Shown here piece by piece: positions 57,601 to 64,000 of a stretch of DNA of 64,000 nucleotides. Position 1 is the first letter of the stretch. Each line of letters starts with the position of its first letter. The DNA is from Macrostomum lignano (Eukaryota): the NCBI GenBank assembly GCA_002269645.1, contig NIVC01000376.1:248001-312000 (forward strand). The letters are read 5' to 3'. The notes beneath the pieces are model-generated. The model did no database searches and was not told where the DNA came from. It saw nothing but the letters and a program-made list of their open reading frames with translations. The translations under genes and the position numbers were made by a program.

Positions 57601-60600
57601 TCTATGGTACCGGGGAATATGGAGAGTGATGTCTATGGCACTGGAGAATATGGAGAGTGATGTCTATGGTACCGGAGAATATGGAAAGAGTGTTGTCTAT
57701 GGCAAGACGAGTGAAACACTAGTAGGATAAACAATGGGTATAGGCTAAGTGGGATACACTTATATTTGCTCTATCTGCGCATACAATATAGAACAGTTCA
57801 AAAGCAAACATCGTTTTTGTTAGCTATATAAGTTACAGGCAGAAAAAGAATAGAAACCTTGCCAAGGAAAATAATAAGACGAATATGAGCAGTACTCATG
57901 AGTTCATAGAAGCTTTTCTTTCGCGTATACCAATGTTGTTAATAGTGTTGGGTATACATGTAAATCAGCCCAGTTGTGTTCCACTAACACCCCTAGGAAA
58001 CGTGGCTACACCTAAATAACAGTTTACTGAACTATATGCTTAAATTTGTTCGGCCAGAAACTGTCCGGGAAGGGAGCGCTCACTGACCGCACAACAGCCT
58101 GCACCCCCAGCCTAATACCGTTAGTATTTTGCTTTTTTGCCCAAATTGTGATTTGCGGGTTAGTTTTACCGTTGGTATAGTTTAGCCCAGATAATATAAT
58201 AATACTAATATTAATAATAAAGCGTGCGACACGTGCTAAATATGACTGAATGATTCATTTTACATGTAGCTGTATTACGTGTAAATTTTAAAGTAATTAA
58301 CGAATGCAAGTGTGTGGAGGGGTAGCTGAGAAGTTTAAAGTGAAGTTTAGCAAGGTAGCTTATTTGTTTAACTATCTTTTTTCAACATACTACTTACACG
58401 TCTGTCTATCGATTTTACTCGTAGATCTATATAATCACTTGTGTAAAGTGTGGGTAACCGGTAGACCTCAAAGTGTTATCACAATATTTTCAATATTAAT
58501 TCGCTCTATATTAACCGTGTCTGAACTGCATAAGTTGATGGAATCATATTTTTCCAAACCGCCCTCTATTTTATAGGGCTATGCTATTTGGGGTGCCAGC
58601 GCCCAAGCAAACAGAAAGGTGACGATAAAGTTTCATATTTAGTAAACGAAACGCATATTTATGCTACTATCAGTAGAAGCAATTGCGTTTTTCATTCTTA
58701 AAGTTTAATTTTGCATTTTTTTAAGAACTTGTCAGCTGAGAATACTGGAATTCTCCGCGAAAAAAACTTTGCAAATTTTTTGTTCACAAAACCCAAACGA
58801 GTGCACCGCGTATATTGTTTATTTTGTTAGGAATATCACACACTATTTTCGTTTACAAAGGGGAGCTCATACTAAAGAATTATGAGCTCATTTGTCAGCA
58901 CAGCACCTTAGCATTGAAGTCGCCGCTTTCAGCACAATAGAAAGTTAATTTTTGACTATATGATTTTGATCTTGAAAATATCATAGTAAATTATCATACA
59001 ACTGCAACCATTTGCATGGCTGGAACAGACAGCATTTTTAGCGTATCATTTGTTTATTTTAACATTTCTAAAAAATTCCACCCGCTTTGAGCTGTTTGTT
59101 GTTGTTGTTAAACGAGGGTGGGTAGCCAAAGGCTCCCGCGGATCAGCCCAGGGAAGGGCTCTGCCGCTGAGTATAGGGGGCACATCTACCAGGGGCATAT
59201 AGCCCGAGCAGCCCAGATTGAGACCTGACGTCATGGCCAGGGAGATAATACTAATTGGGGCTACTAACCCAAGCCTATGGACTAAGACACCGCCAACCCA
59301 AAAGTGGAATCAGGGACGGTGCTAGGACCGAGTCCACCCAGGCCACCACCCAGCAGACAAGTCGGGAGTGCGCGAAAAAGGAATTGGAATGAAAGAATGT
59401 TTGGGTTACTACTGAAAGCGGTCCGAGAGCAGGGAATATCCTGAAGTCTACGGAAATGGCTTGATAATTGGAGTGAGTCTGGAAGGCTTGTTTCCGAGGG
59501 CGAGTCTCCTGTCAGACAGGAAGACCGGCTACCTACAGGGCTGCGAGCCCAAGGGTATCACCTATTCAGCTCTATATTGGAGGCCAGGCCAAGGGGGCGG
59601 AGAGGGGCAACAAGGGGCAAGAGGAACCCGGACTCAGCCGGTTTTCCCCGATTCGGGACGAACATCCAACCCAGGACTCCAATCCACTGTCAGAGATGAG
59701 AGCCAAGCTTTGAGCTGTTTAGTTATACAAGAAAATGGTCGTAATTTTTGTTTTGAACTATTTCGCATATATTCATCGTAAAAAAACTATTTTTCATAAT
59801 GTGCAAGTTGTCGCATGGAGGCACAAATTTCATTTGAATTATTTTGTTTAAATCCTTCTTACCAATCAATAACAAGTAATTTCCTTTAGTACTGTTCTTA
59901 TAAAACTTCCAGAACAGCAAAAAGGTGAAGCTTAGAGAGGTCGGCAAAGTTATCAAAGTTCTCGTCGGCGACTTTTATCAGCCTTTGTATGCGAAAAAAG
60001 ATTTCGAGAAAAATTATACAAAGTCAGTCGTGACTGCACAGAGTCCTGTTGACCAGTCCACTACCAAAGGTGAGCTGAGAAATCGTATTGCTGCAGGAGT
60101 AGATTTGATTTAAGTGACCTAGAGTAGTGACTGCAGAAAAGGAGAAGAGGAGGGAAAAGGAGAGGAGAGGAGAGGAGAGGAAAGGAGAGGAGAGAAGAGG
60201 AGAGGAGAGGAGAGGAGAGGAGAGGAGAGGAGAGGAGAGGAGAGGAGAGCAGAGGAGAGGAGGAGAGAGAGAGGAGAGGAGAGGAGAGGAGAGGAGAGGA
60301 GAGGAGAGGAGAGGAGAGGAGAGGAGAGGAGAGGAGAGGAGAGGAGAGGAGAGGAGAGGAGAGGAGAGGAGAGGAGAGGAGAGGAGAGGAGAGGAGAGGA
60401 GAGGAGAGGAGAGGAGAGGAGAGGAGAGGAGAGGAGAGGAGAATAAAAGATCACAGGAGACAGTTGCAGACCCAAACAACAGCTAATCCCGAAACCTAAA
60501 CTCGAACGCCATCTCAGCCCTCGTCCAGACTGCTCAAACGGGCTACCTGCCCGCCTACTTCTTCACCAAGAGCGGCCCGGGTCAAAACTCCGGCTCAGAT

Positions 60601-63096
60601 GCTGCCGGGGTCGGCGGGGACAACATGCCGCAGGCGGTGCCAAAGCGTCGCAGATTGCAGGCGGGCGACGGCAGTCAGGAGACTCAGTTGGAGATCTGCG
60701 AGTACGAACGGTCGCCCATTAATTTTAGCGGTCGAGGTAAGCGAAACTAGCTGCTCTGCGTGACGTAGCAACGTAAGCTGAAAGCTTAGCTACGGGCATT
60801 AATTGGCAAGGAACACAAGCAGAAGTTACAACGTTACTTCTAGTGGTGCTTCATTAGAGAATTGGCGATGCTGATAGTTAGGTCAAGATGTCATGTAGAC
60901 AGAGGAGGGGTCATACAGACACAGAAGGATCATACAGACACATTAGGGGTCATAAAGACACAGGAGGGGTCATACAACGGAAGTAGAAGTGGTCCTTGAT
61001 AGCAGTGATAATTTTCCGCATAGCAAAAAAGGCTAATGGGGAGATTGCTGAGATGCTAAAATCAAATAGGAATCGCTAGGCCAAGCATCAAGTTGAGGGT
61101 TAGGGTTTGGCCATGGTCTAAGGCTCTTAGTGGATGCTGACATCGTCTTTCAGGTTTGATGCTTTTTTAAGCTGTACAAGGCTTACTAAATGTATTCTGT
61201 TTTCGAAAATGTTATTCCCTTCTTTGTTGCCTTCCCAATGGGGGGCGAAGATTGATAATCCCTGCCTAAGTCAGTGCATTTACCTCTGGAAATTTTGTTT
61301 AAATGCAGCCTTTTCCAGGAAACCAGCGCACTTAAATCATTCAACACGTGAGCTTATTTGTCAATTTTTATTAGACAACGTACGTTTTCCCGTTTTTCTT
61401 TTTGATGTGCCCCTAGCTGTAAATTCTTGCTTTTACCCACAAATAAGTACATGTAAGAGCTGCCTCTTTCAGGGATATGCAGGGACTCCACTTTTAGTGT
61501 CAAAAACGATACTTTTAGGGTCTAGAGCGTCACTTTTTGGGTCAGAATTATCCAAATTTGGGGGAGTGACTTCTTCATACCAAAATCCCTCGTATCATCC
61601 GCAAAGTGCACACGATGAAGCGGGACGCCATCGCCGCTCATCACATCAGCTCGGAGTCCAGCGTCACGTTTTCCGATGGAATTCGATTTATCGATGAAGG
61701 TATTGAATTGTAGTTAAGCTACGATTATCAGCTAGAAAGTAGAAACAGTTCACATACCCAAAAAAAAAATTTTATTGTGAATTTTCACTACCAAATCCTA
61801 TCTGGGTTTTTTTAGTTAAAAGCGAACTTAAATTTTTGTTTAAATAGATTTATTTTCACCCTGCACACTATCTTTTATCAATATCAGACGTAGTGCTGTG
61901 TATTTATTATATTCATAGCATTACAATTATAGTGTGACAAATATCAGTTGTGATATGTAGCTTAATTCCAACTATTCAGCACACATTTTACACGCTTTTT
62001 CTAAGAAATAACACAATTACTCTTAGAAAGCCGTTTCTAGTACGCCATTATAGAAATTTGGCTGTGCCAATTCAAATTACTCTAATTATACATAGTAGCA
62101 AACTATTTGCATAGAGATATTACTGCAGCATTTTCTGGCCCGAAATTCGTTCATTTTTGTTTTACTTTTTATACATAAGTAACCTATAAACTACTTATAG
62201 TAGACAAAATATGCATTTTTAAGCTTCCGCGCGTTTGTTCAATTGATATACGATCGTACTAGGCAATCGCTACAGTATAATAAATTGCATTTTGCTGTTA
62301 ATCAAAATTTTAATTATTTGTATTCTTGAACAATTACTTTTAAGCATTATTTCTGAGGAACAGCGCTTTTGGTAGGATTGAAATTCAAACAATCAACTTA
62401 ATATTTCATTTAAAATAGACTATCGCCATTAAGCATATTGGTATTTTTGAATAAAAAATGATGGCACTATTTAAATTCTGTCGCAACACACAAGCATGAA
62501 CTGGACATGTGGTTTATTTGAATTGGAAGAATGAATTTATGCATATTATTTGCATATGGTTCTATTATAGTTTTACGCACAATAAACTATTTATTTTAGA
62601 AACTATAGTTATTGCATTTCCAGATGGTATTGCAAAAAAGTTACTCTAATAGACTATAGGCAAATACAGAGAATTAGTTGAAAATTAGAGTCTGTAAACC
62701 TTTTACAACGAGATTAGATTGAAAGATTTAAACAAAATTTAAAATTTTTTTTTAAATTTTCGGCTAGTAAATTTAACGGCCTCTAGGTGTTGAATGACAA
62801 AGATTTAAATATATTTTAATTTAGCTAACTGTACACGTTATTAATCAACTTCCTAGGAATTCTTTAATCTCTATCTTGAGGTTTTGTCTTCCAATTGCGT
62901 ATCTACGAGCTTTAATAAACTAAACTTGAAATTATTTTAACAAACATTTGAATGTCTCAGAACTTTCTCATCTCGCACTCGATATCCACAGACGATGACA
63001 CTTCGGATAGCAACGCTCGAGGCTACGAGAATCCCATCATGGAGAGCTCATCAGATTCGCAAGCCAACGCAAGTGGAAGTCGAGCAACGCAGAGAG
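45679..63096 (+). CDS. TRPM: TRPM-family cation channel, N-terminal MHR region (partial; continues beyond window)
   Basis: Exons 45679-45746 (W-x9-C, ICVNYRPK), 46041(or 46035)-46353 (CVCGQ...TFGEIEF), 47568-47742 (FVRLD...PTLVINIFGG), 51944-52113 (WIVTSG...AIGVASW), 52570-52893 (LDPNHTHYFLVD, LLIGG), 54292-54410, 54609-54781, 55472-55587 (LNRADIARDKIF), 55687-55836 (FVKLFLEQG...LEKLY), 59913-60069 (EVGKVIKVLVGDFYQPLY), 60518-60736, 61607-61699 (candidate), 62992-63096. All phases are compatible. The start codon is unresolved. Confidence 0.9.
49997..50560. mobile_element. Foldback/Mutator-like non-autonomous element (564 bp) with tandem-subrepeat arms
   Basis: 9-bp TSD GTAAGTCAT (49988-96, 50561-69). 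Ends GGCTACCGGACATTTGCCCTCCGG / CCGGAGGGCAAATGTCCGGAAGCG. Arms are built from 15-bp (GGACATTTGCCCTCC)n units in inverted orientation. Confidence 0.9.
54802..55357. mobile_element. hAT-type MITE (556 bp)
   Basis: 8-bp TSD CTCAGGAC (54794-801, 55358-65). Imperfect 14-bp TIR: left CAAGCGCGTCGCCA, right (reverse complement) CAGGGGCGTCGCCA. Internal 21-bp repeat TGCCTGCGGCGCTAAAATGAG. Confidence 0.88.
57385..57705. repeat. 31-bp minisatellite (TCTATGGCACTGGAGAGTATGGAGAGTGATG)
   Basis: About 10 tandem copies in a TRPM intron. Confidence 0.93.
59098..59706 (-). mobile_element. 609-bp non-LTR retroposon insertion (SINE-like or 5'-truncated LINE)
   Basis: 14-bp TSD GCTTTGAGCTGTTT (59084-97, 59707-20); (AAC)n tail at 59098-59109 on the minus strand; GC-rich body in an AT-rich intron. 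Confidence 0.85.
60140..60441. repeat. (GAGAG)n pentanucleotide microsatellite
   Basis: Visible array; explains the ERRGE and SSPLL ORFs. Confidence 0.97.
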
Positions 63097-63222
63097 GTGA
63101 ACATTTTTATGAATTGCAACTGGCATTACCTACTTACATGTACCTAACTTCAACTGGATTAGGGTTGATAGAGTATTTTTTGCTAAACAGAAATGCAACT
63201 TGATAGACACGAGATGGTGCAT

Positions 63223-63500
63223 GTCACCTGTTAGACAGGAGATAGTGTCACCTGTTAGACAGGAGATAGTGTCACCTGTTAGACAGGAGATAGTGTCACC
63301 TGCTGTTAGACAAGAGATATAGTGTCGCCTGTTAGACAGCAGATAGTGTCACCTGTTAGACAGGAGATAGTGTCACCTGTTAGACAGGAGATAGTGTCAC
63401 CTGCTGTTAGACAAGAGATATAGTGTCGCCTGTTAGACAGCAGATAGTGTCACCTGTTAGACAGGAGATATAGTGTCACCTGGTAGATAGGGGTGTCGCC
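63223..63500. repeat. ~24-bp minisatellite (GTCACCTGTTAGACAGGAGATAGT)
   Basis: Tandem units in a TRPM intron. Confidence 0.92.
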
Positions 63501-64000
63501 CGTTAGATAGGAGTGTGACACCTTTTAGACTCGAGTGTCAAAAGTTAATCGGTGGTAATGCGCCTGGTTCGTACTAATAAAAAACGCATTTTATCCATTA
63601 ATTTTGTGTAGTTTAAAACTAGAAGAATGGAACGAGTGTTAAAGATAAATGCAAGTGCAGATACATACCGCCAGGAAATAATGAGTTTAAAAAGTTCTTT
63701 AACTTTTTGCTTCTTAACGTTCATCGCAAGACATCCTCGATGGATTAGTTACAAGGATAATTCGACCAGCACACTTGGGTAATATGCAGTTGGAATTATG
63801 AATACCATGGATATTGTTGTATTTGCCTGATTTCCCATGTTTACGTTCAGAAAGAGATTGTAAAAGTGCTTTTATACTTACTAGGCTTACTGTTTGCGCA
63901 AATACCATTTTTGTTACAAATATTTTGCTTCTTTTTTTGCTTTTCACGCACAGAAATTAAGTAAATTTATCTAAAAAGCATATTTAAGCAGAAAATGTCA

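Overview
Eukaryotic animal genomic DNA. The GC-rich, Q/A/S-rich exons, minisatellite-filled introns and long (GATA)n arrays suggest a free-living flatworm such as Macrostomum; this is an inference, not a verified assignment. Five spliced genes were reconstructed by hand from splice sites and family motifs. (1) The 3' half of an UNC5 netrin receptor (+; ZU5-UPA-death domain). (2) A MYBBP1A/Pol5-family nucleolar gene (-; 12 exons). (3) An LRCH gene (+; LRR + CH), head-to-head with MYBBP1A. (4) An OTUD7/Cezanne-type deubiquitinase (-), with an unresolved frame switch near its end. (5) The N-terminal part of a TRPM channel (+), running off the window. Mobile DNA with identifiable ends or diagnostic motifs: a full-length CpG-decayed mariner, a 198-bp-TIR mariner derivative encoding only the DNA-binding domain, a tRNA-headed CORE-like SINE, a foldback/MULE-like element (9-bp TSD), a hAT MITE (8-bp TSD) and a 609-bp retroposon (14-bp TSD, (AAC)n tail). 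Most long ORFs in the supplied track are tandem-repeat artefacts. The most interesting unexplained structure is a repeated promoter architecture: a CpG-retaining core flanked by AT-rich, CpG-poor 5' gene-body zones studded with the palindrome TAGGCCTA. No CRISPR array, rRNA or true tRNA was found.
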